Source: Malacoraja senta
Taxonomy: Eukaryota
Reading direction: 5' to 3'
DNA length: 64,000 bases
NCBI GenBank assembly: GCA_038087875.1
Contig: CM075990.1
Location: 3,536,001 to 3,600,000 of the forward strand
Each line of letters begins with the position of its first letter. Positions within the stretch are counted from its first letter, which is position 1. The translations under genes and the position numbers were made by a program. Under the pieces are notes generated by a model. The model had not been told where the DNA came from. It saw nothing but the letters and a program-made list of their open reading frames with translations, and did not search any database. Shown in pieces: positions 11,790-24,849 of this stretch.

Positions 11790-12040
11790 AGCAGTACAAT
11801 GCAGGAACAATATTAATCCAACCTCGGACAAAGCAGTTCTAGCACCTTTCCACAATGCTTATTGTTGTCCGGCTTACACCACATCTAAGTGACAATAGCC
11901 GTGCTCTCTGCTAAATCACGCAAACAATTACTGGCTTCAGTCGGAGGGGAGTGACAGAGAGTGCATATGCGAAATTAATCAGAACAAAGGCACTGTGTGA
12001 GAGGCCGGAGCTTGACACAATGAATTAAACACACAGTGCA
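11790..12040. promoter_or_regulatory. Candidate SOX (SoxE-dimer) enhancer cluster
   Basis: About nine ACAA(T/A) motifs in about 230 bp of non-repeat DNA, including the inverted pairs ACAAT-gctt-ATTGT (11852-11865) and ACAAAG-gca-CTGTGT (11984-11998). Confidence 0.35.
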
Positions 12041-12240
12041 ATGACTGAGCCAGGACATGTCTTTTCAGAGCCGGTCTGTTTGTGTGTTGCAAACTCAAGT
12101 TAATCAACAACAGAGTAAGAGGCGCTTTCTCACATGTGGAGGTATTGTTCTGTGAAGATTAAAGCGAAACGTTTCTGTCCTTGAGTTCAGAATACTCGGG
12201 ACACAGTCGTGGCATTATAGGAATTGTTGACAATCATGTA

Positions 12241-12435
12241 TCGGAAGGAACTGCAGATGCTGGTTTATACCGAAGATAGACACAAAGTGCTGGAGTAACT
12301 CAGCGGGACAGGCAGCATCTCTGGAGAGAAGGAACGGATGATGTTTCGGGTGTCTGAAGAAGGGTCTCGACCCGAAACGTCACCCATTCCTTCTCTCCAG
12401 AGGTGTTGCCTGTCCCGCTGTATCTTGTGTCTCTC
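12241..12435. mobile_element. Inverted pair of Penelope terminal modules
   Basis: Minus tail 12241-12350 followed by a plus core at 12354-12381. Confidence 0.8.
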
Positions 12436-12479
12436 TTGTTGACATACTCAGTGCAACATAAGTTTCAAATGGCATCTAA

Positions 12480-12785
12480 AGGGCCTGTCCCACTGTACGA
12501 GGTGATTCAAGAGTTCTCCCGAGTTTCCCCTGATTCGAACTCGGAAAATTACGGTAATAGCCGTTCGTAGGTACTCGGGGCTCTCGTGGACATTTTTCAC
12601 AGTGCTGAAAAAACTTCACGAGTTACCACGTTTCCGGAGTATCTGCCGTTAGCGTTACGAGCCGCTACGAGACATCCACGAGCTCCGACAAAGCCGCTAC
12701 ATACATTCTACGTACTTACCACAAGTTTAATTTTTTTTTAACTCGGGAGAGCTCTTGAATTACCTCGTACAGTGGGACAGGCCCT
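12480..12785. mobile_element. PIF/Harbinger-type MITE, family B
   Basis: 46-bp TIR AGGGCCTGTCCCACTGTACGAGGT(G/A)ATTCAAGAG(T/C)TCTCCCGAGTT with 2 mismatches. TAA TSD at 12477-12479 and 12786-12788. Confidence 0.92.
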
Positions 12786-12959
12786 TAAGTCAGTATGTAG
12801 AAACATAGAAAATAGTTGCAGGAGTAGGCCATTCAGCCCTTGGAGCCAGCAACGCTATTCAATATGATCATGACTGATCATCCAAAATCAGTACCCCGTT
12901 CCTGCTTTCTCTCCAGATCCCTTGATTCCGTTAGTCCTAAGAGTTATAGTCCTAAGAAC

Positions 12960-13405
12960 TGCAAGGACCTACCTGATCTCCCGGTTGCCAAAGACTTTAA
13001 TTCCCCTACCCATTCCCACACTGGTCTTTCTGTCCTAGGCCTCCCCCATTGTCAGAGTGAGGCCAAACGCAAATTGGAAGAACAGCATCTCAGATTTCAC
13101 TTGGGCAACTTACAACCCAGTGGTATGAATATTGATTTATCTAACTTCAAGTAACCCTTGCATCCCCCCTCTCTCTCCATCCCTCCCCCACCCAAGTTGT
13201 ACCAGGTTCAACGTTGTCTTGTTGAGTTTCATTGTCTGTAACTGGATTTCACCTGACACACAGCTAACAATGGCCTGTTTCCTTTATCACCGTTACTTTT
13301 TGGCATATCTCGACCCGAAACGTCACCTACTCCTTCTCTCCAGAGATGCTGCCTGTCCCGCTGAGTTACTCCACCTTTTTGTGTCTATCTGCAGTTCCTT
13401 CCTAC
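12960..13405 (+). mobile_element. Penelope-like element 3' fragment
   Basis: LPDLPVAKDFNSP...RKLEEQHLRFHLG...DLSNFK stop. Only the 3' half of the hammerhead module (CGACCCGAAACGTC) remains, at about 13311. Confidence 0.85.
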
Positions 13406-13524
13406 AGATGCTGGCTTGTACCAAAGATAGACACAGAGTGCTGGAGTAACTCAGCAGGTCAGGCAGCATCTTGGAGAATCTATGGAAAACTGGAGTACCG
13501 AAGAGGAGGGAGTTGGAGATGATT

Positions 13525-13885
13525 GTCTAACCTAGATAGAGTGGATGTGGAGAGGATGTTTCCACGAGTGGGAGAGTTTAGGACCTGAGGCCATGGTCTC
13601 AGAATAAAAGGACATACCTTTAGAATGGAGATGAAGAGGAATTTCTTTAGGCAGTGGGTGGTGAATCTATGGAACTCATTGCCAGATGGCTGTGGGGGCC
13701 AAGTCAATGGGTATTTTTAAGGCAGACATAGACAGATTCCTGATTAGTATGGGTGTCAGGGGTTATGGGGAGAAGGCAGGAGAATGGGGTTGTGAGGGAA
13801 AGATTTATCAACAATGATGGAATGGTGGAGTAGACTTGATGGACCGAATGGCCTAATTCTGCTCGCAGAACTTATGAACCTATGT
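13525..13885 (+). mobile_element. CR1 LINE 3' fragment
   Basis: Matches the other CR1 3' ends in the window (DRVDVERMFP...WNSLP, then 3'UTR). Confidence 0.85.
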
Positions 13886-14526
13886 AACCTAGGTCACGAG
13901 GTGCAATGCCAGTAGGAAAGTGAAACGAGGAGAATCTTATCTTCCACGCCCTCAAGGTCGGTTGCGCCAGGCATCCCCGGGGCACAAAGTGTGAACACAC
14001 TCACCTCCAGGTTCAGGGACAGTTTCTTCCCAGCTATTATCAGGAAACAGAACCATCCTACCGACAACTAGCGAGCAGTGCTGAACTACTGTCAACCTCA
14101 TTGGAGACCCTCGGACTCTCTTTGATCGCACTTTGCTAGCTTTATTGAGCACTAAACGCTCTTCCCTTTGATCACGTATCTGTACACTGTGAATGGCTCG
14201 ATTGTAATCATGTATTGTCTTTCCGCTGACTGGATAGCATGCAACAAAAAGCTTTTCACTCTACCTCGGTACACGTGACAATACAGCAAACTGAACAAAG
14301 GTTGTTGGGCGAGAAAACGAGGAATGTCAGTACGCTGAGTGATCCAGGGACTCGCCTGGATCGGGCACCGCTCCGTAAGACCTGGGGCGCAGACCGGAAT
14401 TTTGGAAATGGTAGCAAATCTGAAAACCATAAAGAATTTCATAGTGTTTTATATATGTGACAATAAAGGACGAATGTATTGTATTGGAGGTATTACGTTT
14501 TGGGTCGGGACCCTTCATCCGACTGG

Positions 14527-15490
14527 AAAACATAGAAACAAGGTGCAGGAGTATGCCATTCGGCCCTTCTATTCAATATGATCATGGCTGTTCAAACAAA
14601 ATCAGTACCCAGTTCCTCCTTTCTCCCCCATATCCCTTGATTCCTTTAGCCCGAAGAGCTGTATCTAAAGGGCCTGTCCCACTTGGGCGACCTAATCCGC
14701 GAGTTCTGCCGAGTTTGCCCTCGACTCATACTCGCAGCATGGTCGACACAAGGTCGTAGGAGGTCTTCATAACTCTCCTTCATGCTCGAGAGTGGTCTCC
14801 GAGTACTCGAGGCCTCAGCTAAGTCACAGCGTTTTTTTCACTCAGTTAAAAAATACCTGCGAGTAAAAATAGGTCGCCATGGAAAAAGTCGATACTTTTT
14901 TTACTCATAGGTTTAGTCGTAGTAGATCGTAGTTGGTCGGCATGTTATTCGTAGGTAATCGAGGGTAGTCGAAGGTAGTCGTAGATAGTCTTCATCATCG
15001 TCAAAGGGAGGTCGAAGGAGATCGAAGGAAGTCGTCTTCACTCCACTATTCAATGTCCAATTTTCCCGAAGTTAGTCGTAGCTAGTCGTAGCTAGTCGTA
15101 GCTAGTCATAGCTGGTCTTCAACATAGTCGAAGGAGGTCTTCAACATGCCATTTTTTCAAACTCTTCTAAACTTGCCAATTAGGTCGCCCAAGTGGGACA
15201 GCCCCTTAACTCTCTTGAAAACATCCAGTGAATTGGCCTCCATTGCCTTCTGTGGCAGAGAATTCCACAGATTCACAACTCTCTGGGTGAAAAAGTTTTT
15301 CCTCATCTCAGTCCAAAATGGCCTACCCCTTATTCTTAAACTGTGACACCTGGTTCTGAACTCCCCCAACATCGGGAACATTTTTCCTGCATCTAGCCTC
15401 TCCTATTCATGAAGAATTTTATATGTTTCTATAAGATTCCCTCTCATCCTTCTAAATTCCAGTGAATATAAGCCCTGTCAATCCATTCTT
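14527..15490 (-). mobile_element. CR1 LINE 3' fragment interrupted by a Harbinger MITE
   Basis: The CR1 sequence reads continuously ...TATCTAA|CTCTCTTGAAAAC... across the insertion. Confidence 0.85.
14669..15206. mobile_element. PIF/Harbinger-type MITE, family C (GTCGTAG-rich)
   Basis: TIR AGGG(C/G)CTGTCCCACTTGGGCGACCTAAT. TAA TSD at 14666-14668 and 15207-15209. Highly similar to 24850-25387. Confidence 0.92.
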
Positions 15491-15684
15491 TGGAAGTAGG
15501 GTGTGGGGAAGTGAGGGGTGGGGGGGTGGTGGGCTGAAGAGCTGGAGGTAAGAAAAGTCCAAGACTAATTAGGGCCGACCACAATGATCTCAGGCAGGGC
15601 AGTGTCCTGTTGGGCCCATTGTTGGCTTGGGGAGGTGTGATCTCAAGAGGAATACAATGTAACACACCTGAGGGGTGAATCAGA

Positions 15685-15955
15685 TTAGTTTAGTTTCGAG
15701 ATATAGGGCAGAAACAGGCCCTTCGACCCACCGAGTCTGCACCGACCAGTGATCCCTGGACATTACCACAATCCCACACACACCAGAGACAATTTACATT
15801 TATATGAAGCCAATTGTCTTTGGAGTGTGGGAGGAAACCGAAGATCTCAGAGAAAACCCACGCAGTCACGGGGAAAAGGTACAAACTCTGTACAGACAGC
15901 ACCCGTAGTCGGGATCGAACCCGGGTCTCTGGCGCGACTCTACCGCTGCGCCGTC
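15685..15955 (-). mobile_element. HE1-like V-SINE
   Basis: Reverse-complement head, V-domain and (TTTAG) tail. Confidence 0.85.
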
Positions 15956-16504
15956 GTTCACAGCCCGTACAAGATTCCTGTGACAGATTCTGAGGCTAAA
16001 GCTGGAAAAGACAACCAGCCTCCGGTCTTTAGAAACAAGGAACTGCAGATGCTGGCTTACAGAAAAGGACACAAAGTGCTGGAGTAACTCAGTAGGACAG
16101 GTAGCATCTCTGGAGAACACTGATAGGTGACATTTCGGGTCGGCATTCATCCTCAGTCTGAAAAATGGTCCCAACCTGAAACGTCACCTGTCCATGTTCT
16201 CCAGAGATGCTGTCTGACCCGTTGAGTTACTCCAGCACTTTGTGTCCAATTTATCCACTAACCTTTCCCAGACTGGGCACAGACATCCTTTTGACCGTTG
16301 CGATGTCAAAATTACATATATCAGGAGCAAGGAAGTGCGACATTCAGGAAAGCATGAGGCTGCAGAGAGTGTTGGTGTCCATTGTGGTCACCATCGAAAT
16401 CATCTACAAGTGGGGATGCCTCAAGAAGGCAGCATCTATCATCGAGGATACACTCACCATCCAAGCCATGCCCTCATCTCGCTATTACCATCAGGCAGGA
16501 GGTA

Positions 16505-17655
16505 CAGAAATATAGAAACATAGAAAAATAGGTGCAGGAGTAGGGCATTCAGCCCTTCGAGCATCACCGCCATTCAATATGATCATGACTGATCATCCAA
16601 AATCAGTACCCCGTTCCTGCTTTCTCCCCATATACTTTGATTCCATTAGCCCTGAAGAGCTCCAGTAAATCGAACTCTCTCTTGAAAACATCCAGTGAAT
16701 TGGCCTCCACTGCCTTCTGTGGCAGAGAATTCCACAGATTCACAACGCTCTGGGTAAAAAAGTTTTTTCCTCATCTCAGTCCTAAATGGCCTACCCCTTA
16801 TTCTTAAACTGTGACCCCTAGTTCTGGACTCCCCCAACATGAGGAACATTTTTCCTGCATCCAGCCTGTCCAATCCATTAAGAATTTTATATGTTTCTAT
16901 AAGATTCCCTCTCATCCTTCTAAATTTCAGTGAATACAAGCCCAGTTGATCCATTCTTTCATCATATGTCAGTCCCGCCATCCCGGGAATTAACCTGGTG
17001 AACCTTCGCTGCACTCCCTCAATAGCAATAATGTCCTTCCTCAAATTAGGAGATCAAAATTGTACACAAAACTCCAGGTGTGGTCTCACCAGGGTCCTGT
17101 ACAATGGCAGTAAGACCTCTTTGCTCCTAAACTCAAATCCTCTCACAATGAAGGCCAACATGCCATTAGCTTTCTTCGCTGCCTGCCGCAACTGCATGCT
17201 TACTTTCAGTGACTGATGTACAAGCACACCCAGGTCTCGTTGCACCTCCCCTTTTCCTAATCTGACAACTTTCAGATAATAATCTACCTTCATGTTCTTG
17301 CCACCAAAGTGGATAACCTCACATTTATCCACATTATACTGCATCTGCCATGCATCTGCCCACTCACCCAACCTATCCAAGTCATCCTGCAGCATCATAG
17401 CATCCTCCTCGCAGCTCACACTGCCACCCAGCTTTGTGTCATCCGTAACCTTGGAGCTGTCACATTTAATTCCTTTGTCTAAATATATATTGTAAATAAC
17501 TGCGGTCCCAGCACCGAGCCTTGCGGCACCCCACTAGTCACTGCCTGCCATTCTGAAAAGGACCCGTTAATTCCTACTCTTTGCTTCCTGTCTGCCAACC
17601 AGTTGGCTATCCATGTCAATATCCTACCCCCAATACCATGTGCTCTGATTTTGCT
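16505..17655 (-). mobile_element. CR1 LINE 3' ~1.15 kb (RT C-terminal half, disrupted)
   Basis: WLADRKQRVGING, SGVPQGSVLGP, LQDDLDRLGEWADAWQMQYNVDKC and LVRPHLE. Confidence 0.93.
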
Positions 17656-17814
17656 GACTTGCAAAGTCTCCACATCACAAAAGGCTGGAATCATTCAGGG
17701 GTTCCCACACTACTAGATTCAGCAACAAATACTGTCGTACAACCACCAGGCTCTTGAACCACCCCACACAACTCTAATCCAACCTCTACAATAGTCCACC
17801 TTTTATTTTATTTT

Positions 17815-18115
17815 AGTTTAGTTCAGAGATACAGCGGAGAAACAGGCCCACAGAGTCCGCACCGACCAGCGATCCCCACTCATTAACACTTACCCTACTC
17901 ACACTAAAGACAATTTTACATTTATGCCAAGACAATTAACCTACAAACTGGTACGTCTTTGGAATGTGGGAGGAAACCAAAGATCTCGGAGAAAACCCAC
18001 GCAGGTCACGGGGAGAACGTACAAACTCCGTTCAGACAGCTCCCGTAGTCAGGATCAAACCTGGGTCTCTGGCGTTGTAAGGCAGCAACTCTACCACTAC
18101 ACCACAGTGCCGCCC
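17815..18115 (-). mobile_element. HE1-like V-SINE
   Basis: Full-length reverse-complement match to the other copies. Confidence 0.88.
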
Positions 18116-19467
18116 AAACTACTAAGTCGCACTCAGTCCTTACTACTAGGGTAGTCAAAAATGCTGGAGAAACTCAGCGTGTGAGGCAGCATCTATGGAG
18201 CAAAGGAATAGGTGACGTTTCGGGTCAAGACCCTTCTTCAGACTGATGTGGAGGTGGGTGGGGGGGGGGTGGGGGAAGAAGAAAGGAAGGCGGAGACTAC
18301 TATGGACTTGCTTTTCTTTTCTAATTGTGTTTGCACCATGATCTTGGGGTTTTTTGCGTCATTTATGTGGAAATTGTTTTGTGTGTGGGCTGAGTCTGTG
18401 GTGCTGCTGCAAGGAAGATTTTGGACCCGAAAGGTCACCTATTCCTTCTCTCCAGAGATGTTGCCTGACCCGTTGAGTCACTCCAGCTTTTAGTGTCTAT
18501 CTTCGGTTTAAGCCTTCCTCCCCAGGAAGATGTTAATTGTACCTGTATGTGTGCTGAGGACAATAAAATCAACTCAGCATCTGAATATATAACGCAATAA
18601 TTACATTTTGGTTTAGTCTAGTTTAGAGATACAGCGCAGAAAAATGGCCCTTCGGCCCACCGACTCGCGATCCCGCACATTAGCACTATCCTACATTAGG
18701 GCCAAATTTTAAATTCTTATACCAAGCCAATTAACCTACAAACCTGTACGACTTTGGATTGTGGGAGGAAACGGAAGTTCTCGGAAAAAACCCAAACTCC
18801 GTACAGTCAAGCTCCCGTAGCCAGGATCGAACCCGGGTCTATGACGCTGTAAGGCGTTGGCGCTACCACTTCGCCACCATGCCGCCCCTATCTTCAGTTT
18901 AGCTCCTTCGTACACAGGAAGATTTTCATTGTGCCTGTACATCACCGTAGCTGTGCATCGGAAAATAAAGTCAAATTAGCGTCGGAAGCGTGTAGCGCAA
19001 TGATGAAACGGTCCTCAATCGTTCGACTGTAGTTGACGAAGGGTTAAATACGCTTGGTGTCATTGTGCCATGAAAGCCTGCCATGTCATAAACCGATCAC
19101 AGGACCGGGTTCGGTATTGGATCTGCTTGTAATGAACCTGCATTGTTCTTGTACACATAACTCACAGGGGTTGAAAATGCAAATGTTATTCGGCACTTTC
19201 CCACGCGTGAGAATCCAAGCTAGTGCAGCGCTGGTTTACGGGTAAACCTCACTGCTTCAAGCAAGTGGGTGAAGGTGGGACTAGGTGCTTCTCACCATGA
19301 CTAAAGGATGATCCTCTCTCTCTCTCTGGAAACCCTGAAGAAGATATTATTCCCCACCTCAAAGGCTGTTGATTAGTACAGGTGTCAGGGGTTATGGGGA
19401 GAAGGCAGGAGAATGAGGTTAGGAGGGAGAGATAGATCGGCCATGATTGAATGGCGGAGTAGACTTA

Positions 19468-19681
19468 AGGGCCTGTCCCATTTGCGTGTCACGCAGATGG
19501 CGCGCAAAGATTTTTAGATACCAAAACCCTGGGGCGGCGCGCGCGACCGTGCGTCACTGCCTAAGTCACCACGCACCATGCACGCATCACGTGCGCGGCA
19601 CAATGCGTGCGTCGTGTGTCGTGACGCGTAAATGATGACGCGTAAATTACGCGCAAATGACGCCCAAGTGGGACAGGCCCT
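19468..19681. mobile_element. PIF/Harbinger-type MITE, family A
   Basis: AGGGCCTGTCCCA...TGGGACAGGCCCT. TTA TSD at 19465-19467 and 19682-19684. Sits within a CR1 3'UTR. Confidence 0.9.
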
Positions 19682-21329
19682 TTAATAGGCTGAAAGAACT
19701 AACTCTGTTCCTGTCACTTATGAACTAAACATCAGAAGAGGGGTCTCATCCCGAAATGTTAACCATTCCTTCTCTCCAGAGATGCTGCCTGTCCCGCTGA
19801 GTCACACCAGCACTCTGTGTCTTTGTTGTAAACATATGTCATCCCTATGGGACCATTTTGGAACACGTTTCCATCGAACATAGTGTCAGGATCATTCTTC
19901 TGAATGTCAGGAACCTCTTCCTGACCTTCAGAGAATGTCTGAAGATGCCGTCTTCAGGCGTCTGAAGAAGGGTCCTGGCCCGAAACGTCAACCATCCTTT
20001 CTCTCCAGAGACGCTGCCCGACCCGCTGAGTTACTCCAGCACTTTGCATCTTCCTTGCTTCTACCCCCCACACCCTCCTCACCATGGTACACAGTGGGAC
20101 ACTTTCCATTCCTCCAGCTATTTAATGACTGCATCCTTTCTTTGTTGTGGTCATTCCCACCCACTGAACCAGTTATGCAACACATCCACACTCCTTTGGT
20201 CAACACTGCACGGTGGCGCAGCGGTAGAGTTGCTGCCTTACAGCGCCAGAGATCCGGGTTCGATCCTGACCACGGGTGCTGTCTGTACGGGGTTTGTACG
20301 TTCTCTGTGAGATCGTGTGGGTTTCCTACATAGATGTACAGGTTTGTAGGTTCAATTAAAAATAATTGTAAATTATCCCTAGTGTGTGTAGGATAGAAAC
20401 TTAGAAACTTAGACAATAGGTGCAGGAGTAGGCCATTCGGCCCTTCGAGCCAGCACCGCCATTCAATGTGATCATGGCTGATCATCCCCAATCAGTACCC
20501 CGTTCCTGCTTTCTCCCCATATCCCTTGATTCCCTTAGCCCTAAGAACTAAATCTAACTCTCTCTTGAAAACATCCAGTGAATTGGCCACCACTGGCTTC
20601 TGTGGCAGAGAATTCCACTGCATTGTTAGTGTACGGGGTGATCACTGGTCGGTGGGTCGGTGGGCCGAAGGGACTGTTTCCATACTATCTCAAAAAACTA
20701 AAACGAAAACATTGAATACATTCCTTTCCCTAGGTGCATGGTGGAACGTTTCCTGTCTGATGGATCACTGTGGAGTTACAATAAAGCTATAGTGGAACAG
20801 ATCCACAACATAGGACAACTGTGAAGAACTGTGAACTATTACCTTGGGGACTTCATTGAATATGTTGCTTTCCTGCGGGACACTGTGGAATGTATTCTCC
20901 TGCTTATGGGACATAATGGAACACATTCTCTGTATGGATCTCTGACAAATGTATTCCCCGTACCACATTGGAAGCCAATTAGCCAACAAACCTGTACGTC
21001 TTTGGAGTGTGGGAGGAAACCGAAGATCTCGGAGAAAACCCACGCTGGTCATGGGGAGAACGTACAAACTCCGCACAGACAGCACCCGTAGTCAGGATCG
21101 AACCCGGGTCTCTGGCGCTGTAAGGCAGCAACTCTACCGCTGCGCCACCATGCCGCCCACAGTTCTAAAGATGTCTTTACACGTTCTACGAGATGTCCTC
21201 CAGGTTTATAGGTTAATTGTTATTTGTTCCTAGTGTGTGTGGTATGGTGTTAGCATCCGGGGATCGCTGGTCGGCGCGGACTCGGTGGGCCGAAGGGCCT
21301 GTTTCCGTGCTGTATGTCGTAAAGAATCA

Positions 21330-22480
21330 CGAATCACTTGAGACAGGAGAGGTCCCAGTTGATTGGAAAATTGCCAATATTACCCCATTGCACAAGAAGG
21401 GAGCTAGGCGGAATAGTGGGAGCTATAGGCCAGTTAGTCTGATTTTGGTGATTGGTAAGATTTTAGTCCATTATAAAGGATGAGGTTATGGAGTACTTGG
21501 AAGTTCAAGATAAAATAGGCCACATTGTATATTAATGATTTGGACGAGGGGATTGAAGACTTTGTGGCCAAGTTTGCGGATGTTACTAAAATAGGTGGAG
21601 GGGCAGGTAGTGTAGAGAAAGCAGGGACTCTGCAGAAGGACTTGGACAGGTTGGGAGAGTGGGCAGAGAAGTGGCAGATGGAACATAGTGTAGCAAAGTG
21701 TACAGTCATGCATTTTGGGAGTAGGAATAAAGGCGTAGACTATTTTCTAAATTGGGAGAGAATCCAGAAATCGGAGGTGCAGAGGGACTTGGGAGTGCTG
21801 GTGCAGGATTCCCAAAAGGTTAAACTGCAAGTCGAATCGTTAGGAAAGAAAGCAAACTCAATGCTAGCATTTATTTCAAGAGGGCTTGTATACAGAAACA
21901 GGGATGTAATGCTGAGGCTCTATAAGGCACTGGTCAGGCCTCATTTGTAATATTGTGAGCAATTGTGGGCACCATATCTGAGGAAGGATGTGCTGGCTCT
22001 GGAGAGTGTCCAGAGGTGGTTTACAAGAATGATCCCAGGAATGAGTAGGTGAACCTATGATGAGCGTTTGTCGGCACTGGGCCTGTACTCGCTGGAGTTT
22101 AGAAGAATGAGGGGGGACCTCATTGAAACATACAGAATAGTGAAAGGCTTGGATAGAGTGGATGTGGAGAGGATGTTTCCACTAGTGGGAGGTCATAGCC
22201 TTAGAATTAAAGGATGGTCTTTTAGAAAGATGAGGAGAAATGTCTTCAGTCAGAGGGTGGTGAATCTGTAGAATTCTTTGCCACAGAAGCCTGTAGAGGC
22301 CAAGTCAATGGATATTTTTAAGGCAGAGCTAGATAGATTTTTGATTAGTGCGGGTGTCAGAGGTTATGGGGAGAAGGCAGGAGAATGGGGTTGGGAGGGA
22401 GAGATAGATCAGCCATGATTGAATGGTGGAGTAGACTTGATGGGCCGAATGGCCAAATTCTACTCCTATCACTTATGACA
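21330..22480 (+). mobile_element. CR1 LINE fragment (RT to 3'UTR, internal deletion)
   Basis: VPVDWKIANITP, SYRPVSL, YINDLD...KFADVTK, LQKDLDRLGEWAEKWQM and LVRPHL. Confidence 0.92.
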
Positions 22481-24007
22481 TAACCTTAACTATCTCTAAC
22501 ACGAAAAAGTCCCTCTCATTGCTATCAGATTAATGGGGCTTGAGGGAGGAGACTTTCAGTTAGTCCTATACCTCTTATCTGTTCCATGCGGCACACCCAC
22601 GTTCCCATGGCACCTGTTTCCCAGGAGACACGCTGAAGTGGAACCATTGATCTACTTAATACTACTTAATTGTGAGTCCACAACGGAGCTCCAAAGCCAA
22701 CAACACTACACAGCAGGAGCCCACTTAGTGGCAAGAAGGCCATGGTGTCTCCAGTCTTAAGAAACAAGGAACTGCAGATGCTGGTTTACATAAAAGCGCA
22801 CAAGTGCTGCAGTAACTCAACGGGTCAGGCAGCATCTCTGGTGAATATGGATAGCGGTCGAGTGCAGAACGCCACAGGAGACCCTTCTTCCCTGTGGCTG
22901 TCAAACCGTACAACTCCTCCCCTTCTATCATGGGGTAGACTGACTCCCCGTTTGTCTCCCCAATCCTTTCCACTCATCACTTTAATTTCATGTTTCATGT
23001 ATCTTGTGTTTCTATGACTGTTGGTAGATCAACTTCCCTCATGGGATGAATAAAGTTCTACCGTATCATATCTTATCGCATTGTTTCGTAGGTGACGTTT
23101 CGGGTCGGGACGCATCTTCAGTCTGAAAAAGGGTCCCGACCTGAAATGACATCTACCACGTTCTCCAGAGACGCGGCCTTACCCGTGGAGCTACTCCTGC
23201 ACTTTATGTCCTTTTTTAGCCTGCAGTGGGAAGCAGTCGAGCCCAGCCCCGACTCGTTCCCGAGGAGCGGACAACCGGAGAACCAGAGGGGAGGGCACAG
23301 GAGCAACTAGCCGGTGAGAGAACCAGGGTCTTACCTTCCGCGCCCTCAAGGTCAACCCTACCTAACTGCACCTTGATCTAAGTCCAGCCAAACACCACCC
23401 TTACCCTAACCGAAGCCCACTTCATCCTGACACATTCTACAACCCAGCTCCACCCTAATACACCTGACCAAGCCCTTATCCAACGACACCGTGACTCATT
23501 CCCAATTCAAGCATGCCCCCAACAAACACCCACAAGGCTGAGATGATGCATTTTGGGGGGGGGGGGTGAACAAGGATCGGACATCCATAGTAATTGGTAG
23601 GACTCGAGGGAGTGTTGAGTCAAGTATATGCCATATGCACTAGGACTTGCAGAATGAAATTCTTAATTGCTACAGCTTTATTGGAATGTTCAACGCATCA
23701 AGTCAACAAATAGATGTACAATAAAGTACCGGTATAGTATTAGTTTAGTTTAGAGATACAAAGTGGTAACAGGCTCTTTGGCCCAACAAGTCCATGCTGA
23801 CCAACAATCACCTGTACACCAGTTCCATTTTATTCTACATTCACATCCTACACATTCGGGGCAATTTACAGAAGCCAATTAAACTACAAACCTGCACATC
23901 TTTGAAATGTTGGGGGAAACCGGAGCACCCAGAGAAATCCCACGCAGTCACAGGGAGAACGTGCAAACTCCACAACGAGGTCAGAATTAAACCCAGGTCT
24001 CTGGCAG

Positions 24008-24742
24008 GAAGGATGAGGACCCACAATCCTGTTCATATCAATGGGATGATGGTGGAGTGGGTCAATAACTTCAAATTCCTGGGCGTGCATATTTCCAAAG
24101 ATCTTTCCTGGACCCAGCACGCTGATGCAATTGTAAAGAAGGCACATCAGCGACTCGACTTCCTGAGAAGATTACGGAGATTCGGCATGTCGAAGAGGAT
24201 TCTCCTAAACTTCTACAGGTGCACGGTAGAGAGCATTCTGACTGGTTGCATCGTGGCCTGGTTCGACAACTTGAACGTCCAGGAGCGAAAAAGACTACAA
24301 AAAGTTGTGACCACTGCCCAGTCCATCACCGGCTTTGACTCCCCACCGTCGAAGGGATCTATCGTAGTCGCTGCCTCAAAAAGGCAGCCAACATCATCAA
24401 AGACCCACACCATCCTGGCCACACTCATCTCACCACTGCCATCAGGAAGAAGGTACAGGAGCCTGAAGACTGTAACATCCAGGTTCAGGAACAGCTCCTT
24501 CCCTCCAACCATCAGGCTATTAAACACTACAACGAATTAGCTCTGAGCTCTGAACTGCAAAAGACTATATTATTGTTGCACTATATTGTATTTATTGAAC
24601 TTTTTCTTTTTTTTCTCTTCTTTTTCTTTTTTCAGTTATGTACTATGTTTACATATTCACATATTCTGTTGTGCTGCAGCAAGTAAGAATTTCATTGTCC
24701 CATCCTGGACATATGACAATAAAACACTCTTGACTCTTGAGT
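24008..24742 (+). mobile_element. Rex1/Babar-clade LINE 3' end inserted in a V-SINE
   Basis: FKFLGVHIS.DLSW..H...VKKAHQRL.FLRRL...FYRCTVESILTGCI..WF, LPSGRRYRS. Tail TGACAATAAAACACTCTTGACTCTTGA. Confidence 0.9.
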
Positions 24743-24849
24743 CTTGGTATTGTGAGGCAGCAGCTCTACTCCTGCACCACTCTGCCGCTCTCAAATACTC
24801 AGTGAACAAGAGTATGACAGAGGAAGGCAAAATATGCAATGCAGCCTTA

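Noticed and set aside
12477..12788. piggyBac assignment for the AGGGCC-ended MITEs because TTAA appears at some junctions
   Set aside because: Across eight copies the duplicated bases are 3-bp TAA or TTA and the extra A/T belongs to the TIR. Termini start AGGG rather than CCC.
18995..19100. Possible C/D snoRNA (ATGATGA C box)
   Set aside because: No CTGA D box or terminal stem at a suitable distance, and the region resembles the diverged segment at about 18525-18605.
23794..24540. 248-aa ORF
   Set aside because: Antisense SINE sequence fused to a frameshifted Rex1/Babar ORF end.
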